A stretch of DNA of 64,000 nucleotides from Octopus vulgaris (Eukaryota), in the NCBI GenBank assembly GCA_951406725.2, contig OX597818.1, positions 124,000,001-124,064,000 of the forward strand. Direction: 5' to 3'. Of this stretch, positions 12,351 through 25,802 are shown piece after piece. The notes under the pieces were generated by a model. That model was not told the origin of the DNA and did no database searches. It worked only from the letters and a program-made list of their open reading frames with translations. Position numbers and translations under genes: made by a program. How positions within the stretch are numbered: position 1 is the stretch's first letter; every line of letters starts with the position of its first letter.

Positions 12351-13194
12351 GATTTTCATCAATCAGAAGCCACAATTTTCTCCAGCCAAATTTCCAGTCT
12401 CTACATTTCCACACATCAGAAAGAAACTCTCTCTCTTTCTCCCATTCTCCCTCTTTATTTCTCTTTCTCTCAACGATTCCCACCCGTTTTAGCAGATTCA
12501 ATAATCTTTCGCAACCCATGTTTCGAAAATATATTCTACTGCGTCGCGCTTTTCTGTTTGATACTTGAAATATCCATGAGGTTTTTGTTTACAATAAACA
12601 TTATGTTGTGGTTCCTATGCTTTTATATAACTGTGTAACTTATTCATAAACAATTTACAATTCATCAAATATTTCAAAAGTAAAAAAAAATTATCTTCCT
12701 TTTAGAAATATACTACCAGACAAAGATTGATACGCGTAGCACTATATAGCTTGTTTCTATTATAATTCCATTCACATTCCTCGTACTTTTATAGGAATAA
12801 TAAATCAACCTAGTACTTGTTATTTTATTCTATCGTCTACTAAATATAAAAGTCAACGAGACATTGGTGAGATTTGAACTCAGAACGTAAAAAAACGTAA
12901 CTAAATACCACCAGCATGTCGTCAGATGCTACAATAATTCTGTGTACCTGTCGGAAACGACAACCAATTCTTACTTGAATCACACCCTATCATTACAAAA
13001 GAAAGTTATAATTAGTAGTAATATTTTTAATTGCAGCAAGTACAGTGTTAAAAAAAGTAGTAGTAGTAGTAGTAGAGAACCACTACTGTTAGTGATATTT
13101 TTAGCAAGCAGATTTCATCTCCAATTGTTTATTTTGTAAACAACTCAACATTTCTATGTTGAAAATATATATCTCTGTATCTCAATGCAACTTA

Positions 13195-13425
13195 ATAAAG
13201 CGCGCTTGCCACCTCCTTCAAAGTAACAAGATGGCGCTTCACTTTGCTGGTGATGCTCAATGAAGTGGAAATGTGTGCAGAGTTTCAATTTCTTATAAAT
13301 GCTTATGATTTACATGTTTTGCATTCAACTTTGGCTGTCTTTGCTCCCTCAGCTTTGTAGTAAAGACCACTCCTGTATGAAGTTACACAATGAGACAGCA
13401 ACACCTAACCAACATGGATAAGGTT
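13195..13425 (+). promoter_or_regulatory. Candidate TSS or first exon of a plus-strand gene
   Basis: GCGCGC and the YY1-type motif AAGATGGCG at 13228-13236. Possible donors at 13250 and 13423. CpG appears depleted downstream. Confidence 0.4.
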
Positions 13426-14987
13426 ACTTGGTTGTTATGTTAGTTACATGTTCAGCTTTTGAAGTCTTTTAATCATCAATTTAAAATGTTATGCTACCTG
13501 TTGAAAGTATATAATAACATATTTTCTGGAGAACTATGATCATGATTACTTTATTATCTTCAAACTTGCGATTCAGTAACCGTGAAAACCAATCAAGAAT
13601 ATTTTAATCATTTCCTTTGTCCCCACCCTGTGTGTGAGTATATGAGTATGTTGGTGTTTAGTCACTATTCAACTTCAATAAAGCAGACCCATGTTCAAAG
13701 GTACCCCAACTATGCCCATCTCATCATTTTTAAGTTGGGTGTGAGTTGTGGAAGTTACAGCAACTGCTGTATTTAGCAGGAAGAGCGAATACATAGAGAC
13801 TCCATTACTCACTTGACCAATCTATCATTTACCATGCTGGTGGGAACTCGGAATTATTTTATTTCCAAATAATTACACTTTTATAGGCAAACATACATTT
13901 AGGTATGTATTACACACACACACATACAAGGAAAAGAAAATGATATGAAATTATTCATATTCAAATGTGATAGATGGCAGAACAGTAACCAAAATGCCTT
14001 TTGATTTTTAAGTTCATCCTTTTACATTTAAGATGAAGCTTCACCAATGTTGGTTTTGCCTTTTACATTTTCATTTCCATTTTCACCACTGAGGACTTTA
14101 GCTTTCATCATTCATCATTGTTAAATAGCTACCACACAAATAGAAACATTGGTTTATCTAACTATACCCTTTCCAAAAAACTTATATTTTCTTCCATTAA
14201 ATTTTTATTAACAAAAGTTCTTTTAAACCTTGGTATATATTAAAACTTGAGATATTTTTTAGAAATATTAACCCAGTTAATACTAATAAATCTTTCCAGA
14301 TTAAGTATAGACATTACGTAATTTCTTGAAATAATTTTCCCAAACTTAGGTGTAACCATAGTCATTATGCAATTCTTATATTATTTTACTGAAACAACCC
14401 TCACATTAACCAATCATATCTTTTATAGGTAATTATAGTTATGCAAGACTTGGATTACTTTCCCATACAACTAATACATCACCCAATCCTGTAATTCAGC
14501 ATTTTGTGTACTTAACTGTTAATGTGGGACTTGAACTTAACTATTCTCCCACTGCAAGTGACAGAAAAAAAGTAGACCAATGATTGGGAGTGGCGAGGAA
14601 TAGTAGTTAAGTCAGTAGTTTCCTTACATCACAATACACAAACCATGAAAACTAGGCAGCACAGCTGCCAATACATGCCAGCCTAGGCTGCCTATCAAAA
14701 CATGAGCATCAAGCTTTCCTATGTTTATTAACTATACTATTAGCATGTTACTACTGTACTACAAAATATTTTGGGTCAAACTGTTTTAACATTTCCATGT
14801 GTGGTGTGAGCATGCGCACATGTGTGCTTGTGTAAATCCACACATACATACATACATGCATGTGTATGTATGTATGTATGTATGCATGTATGTATATATG
14901 TATGTTTGAGTTTAGTCTCTCTGTGCAGCGCCTTGGGCAAATGGCTTCTATTATAACCCCAGACTGACTAAAGCCTTGTGGGTAAAT

Positions 14988-15317
14988 TTCATCATCATCA
15001 TCATCATCGTTTAACGTCCATTCTCCATGCTAGCATGGGTTAGACGGTTTGACCGGGGATCTGGGAAGCCAGAAGGCTGCACCAGGCTCCGGTCTTATCT
15101 GGCAATGTTTCTACAGCTGGATGCCCTTCCTAACGTCAACCACTCCGTGAGTGTAGTGGGTGCTTTTTACGTGCCACCTGCATTGGTGCCAGGCGAGGCT
15201 GGCATCGGCCACGGTCGGATTGGTGCATTTTATGTGCTACCTGCACGGAAGCCAGTCAAGGCTGGCACTGGCTTCGGCCACGATTCGGATGGTGCTTTTT
15301 ACGTGCCACCGACACGG
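14988..15317 (-). mobile_element. Family C SINE (V-SINE-like core, (GAT)n tail)
   Basis: Reverse complement of aggaagggcatccagctgtagaaac...ccatgctagcatgg...gttaaacgatgatgat. Confidence 0.8.
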
Positions 15318-15618
15318 AAATTAAAAGAAGCTTGTATGGATGGATGGATGCTTATTTGGGGAATTTTTTTCTTTTTCCCTTTGCATAATTCAAACCAGTC
15401 ATTAACAAGATGGCAAGGCTCTTTTGTTTAAATCAAGACAGGTCTTAATGTTTGTCATTACCTGAATTGGTCGGTGTATGCAAATATGTGAATGTATGCA
15501 GTGTATGCATGTGTGTATGTGGATAAACTTGCAGTCATCAGTGTACATACTACAATAGAATGCAAATGTGTGTTTCATCTCTTTTTATGTGTGCACATAC
15601 ATATATATTCCATATGTA

Positions 15619-15990
15619 TGGAAGCACTCCGTCAGTTACGACGACGAGGGTTCCGGTTGATCCGAATCAACGGAACAGCCTGCTCGTGAAATTAACATGT
15701 AAGTGGCTGAGCACTCCACAGACACGTGCACCCTTAACGTAGTTCTCGAGGATATTCAGCGTGACAAGGCCGGCCCCTTGAAATACAGGTACAACAGAAA
15801 CAGGAAGTGAGAGTGAGAGAAAGTTGTGGTGAAAGAGTACAGCAGGGATCACCACCATCCCCTGCCAGAGCCTTGTGGAGCTTTTAGGTGTTTTCGCTCA
15901 ATAAACACTTGCAACGCCCGGTCTGGGAATCGAAACCGCGATCCTATGACCGCGAGTCCGCTGCCCTAACCACTGGGCCATTGCGCCTCC
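15619..15990 (-). mobile_element. Family D SINE with tRNA-Arg-like head and TSD
   Basis: Head ggaggcgcaatggcccagtggttagggcagcggactcg...ttcgattccc, flanked by tccatatgtat. Near-identical copy at 59131-59514. Confidence 0.85.
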
Positions 15991-16571
15991 ACTCCATATG
16001 TATATGTGATTGCCTGCATATGTTCACCCAGAAACTTCAAAAGTAGAATTCCTGAAATATTTTACAAACCTTCATTGTTCCTCTAACCAAGTATATCTGG
16101 AGAATGCTGATCAGTTTGCCTTATTCTTTTTTAAATAATCCAAGCATTACTAAGTTTCTATGTCAATCTGTTGTTTATATATGCCTATGATGATAAGAAC
16201 AAATGATTTGGACTTATAGGCAAGATGTGATGTACTAATTACAGGTCCAACAGAGGCTGCTATTCTTGCTAATGTTGTTGGCATTCTCTAGTAGTTGGAA
16301 TACATATACCCAGGCATAATTTTCTACTGGTATGATGAATATTTCTCTTCTAAGTTTCTATCTAAGTAGGTCTGTCCATTGACCTTTAGTTTTTCATGGT
16401 GAAGCTGTAAACTCGGAGTATTTCTTCAGGAGTTCTCCACTTAATCTCATGTTACTACCTTCACTGTTGAATATGCATATGATTTACTCATTTCTCTCTT
16501 CACTGCTCTGTATGTGTTGTCTGAGTGATACAATGTGGCACTCAAAGTCTGTGTGGACTGATCTTATACCC

Positions 16572-16786
16572 ATTTCTTTACTACCCTCAAGGGGCTAAAC
16601 ACAGGGAGGACAAACAAGGACAGACAAACGGATTAAGTGGATTAGATCGACCCCAGTGCGTAACTGGTACTTCATTTATCGACCCTGAAAGGATGAAAGG
16701 CAAAGTCGACCTCGGCGGAATTTGAACTCAGAACGTAACAGCTAAGCATTTCGTCCGGCGTGCTAACGTTTCTGCCAGCTCGCCGA
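16572..16786 (-). mobile_element. Family B SINE
   Basis: Head, core and tail match the family consensus seen in the window. Confidence 0.8.
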
Positions 16787-17111
16787 CCTTCATCTCCATC
16801 CTTCCATTTAATATAGATCCAGTCAGTGTCACTTTTGTTGTGGGAATTACTAGCTGTTGTTAGTATCTTCATAGTCTTGATGTCCACGTTGTGAATTTTT
16901 TCAAGTGTCTAGTCGAAGATTCCGAATGTTAGTCCTAGCACTGGGACAGTGAAAAACATTGTGGGATATAGTCTTATTGAATACAAACAGCCCCATGCTA
17001 CATACTTTCCAAAGCCTACTGAACTATTCTTTTGTCACTCTGGTCTTACTAACAGCATCAACAAATGTGATATTCTCATTGATTCAAAAGTATTTGCAAC
17101 ATTGGCAACAT

Positions 17112-17277
17112 AGGCGCAGGAGTGGCTGTGTGGTAAGTAGCTTGTTTACCAGCCACATGGTTCCGGGTTCAGTCCCACTGTGTGGCACCTTGGGCAAGTG
17201 TCTTCTACTATAGCCTTGGGCCGACCAAAGCCTTGTGAGTGGATTTGGTAGATGGAAACTGAAAGAAGCCCGTCGTA

Positions 17278-17310
<33 letters not shown>

Positions 17311-17512
17311 GCGTGTGTGTGTTTGTCCCCACCACCATTGCTTGACAACCGATGCTGATGTGTTTATGTCCCCGTCACTTAGCGGTTCGGCAAAAGGCAC
17401 CGATAGGATAAGTACTGGGCTTACAAAGAATAAGTCCTGGGGTCGATTTGCTCGACTAAAGGCGGTGCTCCAGCATGGCCACAGTCAAATGACTGAAACA
17501 AGTAAAAGAATA
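17112..17512 (+). mobile_element. Family A SINE, full length
   Basis: Complete head, central (TA)n and tail. Confidence 0.85.
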
Positions 17513-17653
17513 ACATCTGTTTCCTTGTTTTTAGCTTTTAATGTTGTATGTGTAAAAGCCAACCAATCTGACACATCACTTCAGCATTCATTGCTCTTTT
17601 GAACAGGTTAATGATGGCTAACTTGTAGAATGGGAGTTTTCTATACTAGTAAT

Positions 17654-17900
17654 TGTATGTATGTATGTATGTATGTGTGTGTATGTATGTATATATGTAT
17701 GTATGTATGTGTATGTATGTTTGTATATATGTATGTGTGTGTGTATGTATGTGTGTATGTATATATGTATGTGTGTATGTTTGTATATATGTATGTGTGT
17801 GTGTATGTATGTATGTATGTGTGAGTGTGTGCGTGTGTATTTATGTATGTATGTGTGTGTGTATGTATGTATGCATGTATGTATGTAAGTATGTATGTTT
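17654..17900. repeat. (TATG/TG)n compound microsatellite
   Basis: Seen directly in the sequence. Confidence 0.95.
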
Positions 17901-17979
17901 TTTAATCTTTTACCTGTTCCAGTCATCTGCCTGCAGCCATGCTGGGGCACCAATTTGAAATTTTTTTTTTGTTGAATGT

Positions 17980-18883
17980 ACCAACTCCAGTACATATTCA
18001 TTTGAATATTTTTTAAAGCCTAGAACTTACTCATGCAAACTCTGGCAGAACAAAATCCCACCGTAACTGTTGAGGAACCAGCAGAGAGGCTTCGATTTGG
18101 TCATTCAACCATTCATCGACAGCAAATTGGGTCAATGGGTTCCTCACAAACTTTAACCATGTGCAGAGAGTGAATGTGTGCTCGTCTTTGCTGCCGTGTC
18201 TCACAAATGAACCTTCTTTGGGCCAAATAGTGACTGGTGATGAGAAATGGGTTCTCTATAAAAATGTCAAGTGCTGAAGACAGTGGGTAGGGAAAGGAGA
18301 AACACTGGCACCCCAGGCTAAAGAAGGTCTTCACCCACATAAGGTGTTATTTGTTTAGAGGGATATCAAAGGTTTAGTCAGTCTACTTGGATCTTTTAAA
18401 CCCAAGCCAAATGATAAAAAAGGAGATCTACTGCAAGCAGCTTGAGTGGCTTAAGTCAGTGGTAGAAGAAAAACAACCATCTTAGGTTTGAAGATGAAAG
18501 GTGTTCTTCCATCAGGATAATGCTTGGCCACATACAGTGAGGATGACATTCCAAAGCTGGAGCAGTTTGAATGGGGAACAATGCCCCACCTACCATATTC
18601 ACAAGACATTGCCCCATCTGATTATCATTTATCCAATCTTCAAAATTATTTGGATAGAAAAAACATGAATTTTGTAGAAAAGGTCAGAACAGTACTAGAG
18701 GAGTATTTTTTGTCATGGACAAATGAATTTTGGAAGAGGAGCCTTGCAAGTCTACCAGATAGATGGAAGAGCATTGTAGAAAATAAAGAAGAGTATATTT
18801 TAGATTAAAAAAGAACTTTGTTTATCTTAATTTTGAAAATTAAAAATATAAAAAAACTACATTGTTTATGAGATGACCCAATG
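17980..18883 (+). pseudogene. Degraded mariner (DD34D) transposase with right TIR
   Basis: Translations include VTGDEKWVLY, FHQDNA and PYSQDIAPSDYHL (the YSPDLAPSDY motif), interrupted by stops and frameshifts. Confidence 0.85.
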
Positions 18884-18926
18884 TATACAACATACATACG
18901 TACATACAGACAGACAGACAAACATA

Positions 18927-19157
18927 AGGCGGCGAGCTGGCAGAAATGTTAGCATGCCGGGCGAAATGCTTAGCCATATTTCGTCTGCCATTACGTTCTG
19001 GTTTCAAATTCTGCCGAGGTCGACTTTGCCTTTCATCCTTTCTGGGTCGATAAATTAAGCACCAGTTACGCTCTGGGGTCGATATAATCGACTTAATCCG
19101 TTTGTCTGTCCTTGTTTGTCCCCTCTGTGTTTAGCCCCTTGTGGGCAATAAAGAAAT
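18927..19157 (+). mobile_element. Family B SINE, full length
   Basis: ggcggcgagctggcagaaatgttagc...ccccttgtgggcaataaagaaata. Confidence 0.85.
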
Positions 19158-19553
19158 ATATATGTATGTATGTATGTGTGTATATGTATGTAAGTATGTG
19201 TGTGTGCATATATATATATATATAATACACACACACACACAGAAGGAGAGAGATAGTATGAGATAGATAAACTGGGAAGTTAGCCAAACAGAATGTCATA
19301 CTTAACCAAAACACAAATAGGTTCTTTATGAAAATAAAGTGACATCACAAAACTCACTGCCAATCAAAACCTGTTCCTATGTATAGGGAACCAACCAACC
19401 AACCAACCAACCAACCAACCAACCAACCAAAACACTAACGTCAAAGCAAAATTTTTTTTTTTTGACCAAAAACATCCACCAGAAAGAATAAGATGTCACC
19501 AAAATTATAATGAATCAAAAATTAGATCCCTTAACATAAGAACATACATATGT

Positions 19554-19770
19554 AGGTGCAGGAGTGGCTGTGTGGTAAGTAGCTTGTTTACCAACCACAT
19601 GGTTCCGGGTTCAATCCCACTGCGTGGCACCTTGGGCAAGTGTCTTCTACTATAGCCTCGGGCCGACCAATGCCTTGTGAGTGGATTTGGTAGACAGAAA
19701 CTGAAAGAAGCCTGTCGTATATATGTATATATATATATGCGTGTGTGTGTGTTTGTGTGTCTGTGATTGT
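19554..19770 (+). mobile_element. Family A SINE, 5' half
   Basis: Head through the central microsatellite. Confidence 0.8.
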
Positions 19771-19842
19771 TGTATACATGTATATATGTATATGTGTGTA
19801 TGTGAATGTGTGTGTGTGTGTGTATATATATATATGTACATT

Positions 19843-20410
19843 ATCATCATCATCATTGTTTAACATCCGTTTTCCATGCTAGCATGGGTTGGATGATTTG
19901 ACTGAGGTCTGGCTAACCAGATGGCTGCACCAGGTTCCAATCTGATCTGGCAGAGTTTCTACAACTGGATGCCCTTCCTAATGCCAACCACTCCGTGAGT
20001 GTAGTGGGTGCTTTTTATGTGCCACCTGCACAGGTGCCAGACGAGGCTGGCAAATGGCCACGATCGGATGGTGCTTTTTATATGCCACCAGCACGGAGGC
20101 CAGGCGAGGCTGGCAATGGCCACGATTGGATGGTGCTTTTTACGTGCCACTGGCACAGAGGCCAGTTGAGGCTGGCAACGACCACGATCGGATGGTGCTT
20201 TTTACATGCCACCTGGCACAGAGGCCAGTTGAGGCTGGCAATGGCCACAATCGGATGGTGCTTTTTACATGCCACCGGCACAGAGGCCAGGTGAGGCTGG
20301 CAACAGCCACGATCGAATGGTGCTTTTTACGTGCCACCGGCACGGAGGCCAGGTGAGGCTGGCAAAGGCTACAATCGAATGGTGCTTTTTACGTGCCACT
20401 GGCACGAAGG
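19843..20410 (-). mobile_element. Family C SINE with an expanded internal ~59-bp tandem array (about 7 units)
   Basis: The unit ggatggtgctttttacgtgccaccggcacagaggccag..gaggctggcaa..gccacgatc repeats across 20005-20405. Confidence 0.85.
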
Positions 20411-21954
20411 CAGTCGGGGAAAAGATAACCAGACAACAGTAAAAACAATGTAATGAACAAACAAATCTCTTTATGAACCAACAATCAATATTCCTTGTGA
20501 ACTAACCAGCCAACATCTTCTGACCTCACTGTGAAATAACACGAACTTCACTCAACTCCAAACTCTGAACCTTTTGAACTCATTCAGATCATTACTATTT
20601 ATACTTTGCTTGGACCAGTCTATCTCTTGCAAACGGTGAGGTCGTAACTCCCATCACAACAATATGTTTGTTCGATTTCTACTTCACACACCCTGTTGAC
20701 TGTTCCTACATATGTGATAAAATCATAATTCTCTTTTTTCATTATATTCTAGCACTCCATTCAAGTGTTTAATAAAGAAGTTTTATCACCGAATTTGTTA
20801 GACAGTAATTCTATTGTTCCTTTAAAACAAATTTCATTGGGTTTTTGGGCAATAAAAAATCACAGTAACATTTATGCTCTAATTGGAGCTAATTTTCGCA
20901 ATAACAATCTCACTTTTTGTTTATTCGACCATGATGTGCAATCTTGCTTTAAAATCTTCTCCTACCTCTAGTAGTGTGATGCAATAGTTATACCTTCCTC
21001 TGAGTTATAACTGAATTCATTAATCAAGTTTGAAATGCCATCTGGCAAAAACGAACTTGCCTCATCTTTGGACTTCTTTGAATATAGTTCCAATAATTGT
21101 TGTTGTAGGTGTTGCAGTAATAGTTGCTTCTGAAACTCCTGTTGCTCCTCTTGTTGTTGTTTTTGCAACTGTACTATGGAAGCTAATGGGTCTTCCATTA
21201 TTTAGCAAGTTGTATCACAATTAAATTGTTAAATAGCATACTTGAGCTTCAAAATCCTTGTCGCCTGATGTTGCAACGTAGATTGTTACATACAATAAAT
21301 AAGATAACTAGACAACGGTAAAAACAATGTAACAAGCTAACAAATCTCTTTATGAACCAACAATTGATATTCCTTGTGAACTAACCAACTGACACCTTCC
21401 GACTTCACTGCAAACTAACATGAACTTCACTTGACTTCAAACTCTGAACTTTTTGAACTCACTTGGATCGTTACTATTTATACTTTACTTGGACCAGTCT
21501 ATCTCTCACAAGGGGGGTGTCATAACTCTCATCACAACATATCCCCTTTTGAGATTTTGACTACTGTGAGAAAGTGGAATTTCTTTTATTTTTTTCTTTC
21601 TAACACCTCTCTCTTTTTTCTTTTAGCCGTTGTATCTTAACTGTTACCCGACTTTTAAGGGTAGTACTGTTCATTGCACAAAGCACTTTTTCTTTTCATT
21701 GTACTAAGCACTCTTGTTTTTGTTTTTCTTTTTCTTGAAAATTTGATATCTTTTTTGTTCAGGTATTACTTCCAGATATTCAGTTTGTTTTCGTTTCTGA
21801 AGCTAGTTCTATAGGGTTCAATATCTCTTGGTGTTGACACTTCAAACATATCATAGAAGACTTCCATTGGTATTACCCTTCGTCCTTCTGTATGCTTCAT
21901 CTTTGACTGGTTAAGGTGTCTCTCATGTTCCAAATATTGTCCTTTAATTAAATA

Positions 21955-23247
21955 TTAGGTTGTCAAGAAAGTTCTTGCGGTTTTTAAATTTTAAATTCAG
22001 ATGCACATATCTCGGCTCAAACAAAACTTTATTAATCGAAATAAACACCATCAGAATCGATACACTTTTGCCAATGTGAAACAAGTTTATTTATGCCAGT
22101 AGTGTAAAAATCCGGCGTTCTGGTGGTGATGAAGTCGTTTAAGGCGTGTTTGGCATCGTCTTGGTTTTTGAAGCATTTCTCACTCAGGAAGTGGTCGAGA
22201 TGCTTGAAAAGTGGTTGTCGGTAGGCGAGAGGTCTGGTAAGTATGGCGGTTGAGGCAGAATTTCGTAGCCCAATTCGTTCAGCTTCTGCAGGGTTAGTTG
22301 TGCGACGTGCGGCTGAGCGTTGTTGTGGAGAAGAATTGGTCCTTTTCTATTGACCAATGCTGGCTGTTGTTGTCTGAGTTTCTTATGCATTTCATCCTTT
22401 TACTGACAGTACTTCTCCGCCATAATGGTTTCGCATGGATCCAAAGAGCTGCGATGGATGAGACCGTCCACAGACCACCAAACAGTCACCATGACCTTCT
22501 TTTGGTGCAACTTTGGCTTCGGGCATGGAGCTTCGTCGACGTCCAAACACTGATCTGAGCGTTGCCAGCTGTTGTAAAGAATCCACTTTTCATCACAAGT
22601 CACAATCCGGTCGAGAAACAAGTTGTTCTTGTTGAGTAATAGAAGGGAAGACAACACTTCAAAACAGCGTTTTTTTTTTGTTTTTTGTTTTTGGTATCGG
22701 TCAGTTCATGCGGCACCCATTTCTCAAGTATTTTTGTTTTTCCAATCTCTTTCAAGTTGTCGGAAATTGTCGTATAAGTTATGTCTAATTCAGAAGCAAG
22801 CTCTCCAACAGCTGTGCGAGGATTGGCTTCCGCTAAGGCTCTTAGTTGATCATTGTTAACATCCAATGGCCAACCACTACACTTATCATCTTCAAGACTC
22901 TCGTCACGGCTATGAAAATTCTTGAACCACCATTGTGCTGTACGTTCATTAGTGAATCCTGGGCTAAACACATCGTTGATATCGCGTACTGTTTCACCAG
23001 CTTTTCGACCTAGCTTGAACTGGAATAAGAAAATTGTGCAAATTTGCTTTTTGTCCATGTTGTATTCAACGTTCCGGTAAAAACGGTCTAATTATTCAAA
23101 AAGAAAAAGAGTAACATGATTAAGTAGAGCGAAAAACGGGCTTTAAAATGATATATAAAGTCAAAGTAATTTAACGAAAATTAATTTGAAAATACATAAT
23201 TTAAAACCAAAATTTAAAATTTCGCAAGTGCTTTCCCGACAACCTAA
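21955..23247 (-). mobile_element. Full-length (~1.29 kb) mariner, cecropia/Hsmar1-like, with disrupted transposase, nested in the Gypsy element
   Basis: TIRs ttaggttgtc...gacaacctaa with TA TSD. Protein pieces MDKKQICTIFLFQFKLGRKA, WVPHEL, IVTCDEKWILY and PPYLPDLSPTD. Confidence 0.92.
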
Positions 23248-23514
23248 TACATCATATTACCTAATCTTTTGATTACACAGCCATCCTCCCAACCTTCTTT
23301 ACCATTTTTGTAATTTTTAAAATGAACTTTATCTCCTACTTCAAAATGTTTTGTAATATTTCTTGTATTTTCTTTAAATGTATTTTTTGTCTTCCTTTAT
23401 ATGTATTTTTTTCCTGGCAATAATTTATCAAAGATCGATTTTATTTTACACGTGAACATTAACTCTGATGGCGATTTTCCTGAATTAGTATTTGGAATTG
23501 GCGTTTTTCTATAT

Positions 23515-24027
23515 CAGGGGTGGGGAAGCTTTTTAGTGTGGCGGGCAAAAATTTCCAAAGAAAAAGGTCCGCCAGCAGATCACACATTCTAACTCTTACA
23601 TCTGTGTAAATCTTGTATAGATCTATGTATAATTCAATATACATTAATAAAGATAAGTTTAACACATTAAATTAACGTGTAACATCTTCATCAACGCTAC
23701 CACATAATTTAGGACGCTTATATTATTTATGGGGTATTCTATATTTTTCAGCTAGAGTGTATTGGCTCTCAAGTGGGTGGTACAAACCTACCAATATGTG
23801 TTTTATAATAAAATCAGAAATTCCATGCAAATGGCAATTACCGGACGATTTTCTGTTCAAGTCTAACCATTTTAAGTCATATCGCAAATAGACATACGAA
23901 TATTGTATAAATTTTATAATTGAAAAGTTTACTATATTTTGTATATACAAGTATAGCAACCAGTGGGTGCAATAAAATGGGCTTGCATGTGCACTTGCAC
24001 CCACGGACGGGTGTTTCCCCACCCCTG
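23515..24027. mobile_element. hAT-type MITE with 8-bp TSD, nested in the Gypsy pol region
   Basis: TIRs caggggtggggaa / ttccccacccctg with TSD ttctatat at 23507-23514 and 24028-24035. Confidence 0.88.
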
Positions 24028-25385
24028 TTCTATATACTCTCAAAAATTTCGTTAATTCCTCATCATTACTTTGCTCTTTTGAGCGTGTCGACAAATCTTT
24101 CCACCTACCCATTTTGACCTCGGATGGTAGGCTGGAGTAAAGATGTGCTTTATGGCATGTATTTGATTTTAGGCAAAAAATAGAAAAAAAATTCACACTT
24201 CTCTTCAGTGAGTTTGAAACCATAATCCTTAATCTTTTTAAAGATACACTTCATGTGTTCAATATGCTCATTCCATGATTCACGTTTGATTAACACATCA
24301 TCAAGATAAGGAATAGTAAATTGACAGTCTGCCATCATCATGTCCATCACCTATTGAAATATTGCAGGTGTTACCTTCAGTCCAAAAGTAGTCTACTGTA
24401 TTTGAGTAGACCTATGTGCGTGTTGACCATTAACAGCTCTGAGCATTTTTTGTCTACTTTGATTTGTTGATATGCATCAGACAGAGCGAGTTTTGAAAAT
24501 ATTTTTCCTCCTAAATGGAGGAAAGATATGTGTAAACAACAAATTTTTAAAAAGCGGTGCTAGTCAGTACCCTCTGTCACTAAATGTTTTGTAAAAATAT
24601 CTTCTGGGGTCAGTAGTGGATAATGGTTCATTTTTAAACAGTCATTTAAACTGGTCAAAAAATTGGCACACAACCTAATTTTGTTGTTTTTCTTATTTAT
24701 ACAGAGCTTCCCATTTCGCGTAATCCACATTTTCAATGATTCTGTTTTTTGCCAATCTATCCAATTCATCGTCCACTTGCTGTATTGTCACAAAAGGCAC
24801 TTTACTATTAGGCTTCAACACAAGTGTAATGTTATCATCTAATTCAAAATATGCTTCAGTCTTTGTGCGTTGACCTAGTTTGTCTGAGAAAAAAAAATTT
24901 TCTCTTTAACTCTTCAGATAAATTATTTTTAAAGGAACAACCATTTACATTTTTACAATAGAGATATATAAGGAGGTCCCATAAATCAAATAATTCTAAC
25001 CAATCAGTATCAAACAGATCGGTTGCATTTTTAACAATGAAGAATTTTGCCTTGTATGTTTTCCCTCAAAATGTGATATTAGTCCACATTTTGCCAGTGA
25101 AATGTAATTTGTCACCTATCACAATATGAGCAGATTTCACTGTTTTTCTCAACATAGGTTTCCCTATTTTCTTCCATGTGTCCATATATATTATTAAAAT
25201 ATCACTTCTAGTATCCAATTGAAGTTTAATATATATTCCATTTATTTTTATGTGTACGAATTTTCTTATTTGGGAGTCGATTTTTGTTTTTGCTGAAAGC
25301 ACTCTAGAATTTTTAACATTTGACCTTCATAATTTTGTTCTGCAGTGTGAACTCTTGTGACCAATTCTTTTACAACTGTAACAAG

Positions 25386-25802
25386 AGCCCATCACCAATG
25401 GAGAGTATTATGCCAAATTGCTTAGACAGTTATGAAAGGTTATCAAAACCAGATGCCCAGGAAAACTGACAAAAGGGTTCTTGTTTCGTCAGGACAATAT
25501 TCCAGCACATAAGTCTTTACTTTCAATTGCTGCTGCGCATGATTGTGGCTTTGAACTGGTTGATCACCCTCCCTATTCTGATTTGGCCCCATCTGGGAAC
25601 CAGTATTGTAGTAATAATGATGTCATATCTATTGATCATGACTTTTTTGACCAACAGGATGAAAGCTTCTTCACCAATGGGATCCAAGTTCTGCAGCACC
25701 AATGGAAGAAGTGTGTGAACCTCAATAGGAACTATGTTGAAAAATAAACCTCATTCCATGAGAGTATCTTGGTCAGCCTATGAACTTTTCAGCCAGCCCT
25801 CA
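25386..25802 (+). pseudogene. Mariner transposase 3' fragment (irritans/Hsmar2-like)
   Basis: FRQDNIPAHKS...GFELVDHPPYSDLAPS...WKKCVNLNRNYVEK followed by a TIR-like end. Confidence 0.85.

Larger units (their letters stand above)
20422..25385 (-). mobile_element. Degraded Ty3/Gypsy LTR retrotransposon complex (LTRs 20422-20661 and 21269-21539, gag, zinc knuckle, protease, RT, integrase)
   Basis: Two homologous LTRs. PBS-like ggcgacaagg at 21256-21265 and PPT aaaaggggat at 21541-21550 (minus strand). Q-rich gag ORF 20968-21198, protease LDTRSD in 25066-25302, RT YLDD in 24150-24350. Confidence 0.85.

Noticed and set aside
15920-15990. tRNA-Arg-like sequence (also 59445-59514)
   Set aside because: It is a SINE head continuous with the SINE body and TSDs, and lacks a proper acceptor stem.
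20005-20405. ~59-bp repeat array resembling a CRISPR
   Set aside because: Units are contiguous homologous repeats with no unique spacers, they lie inside a family C SINE, and the context is eukaryotic with no cas genes.
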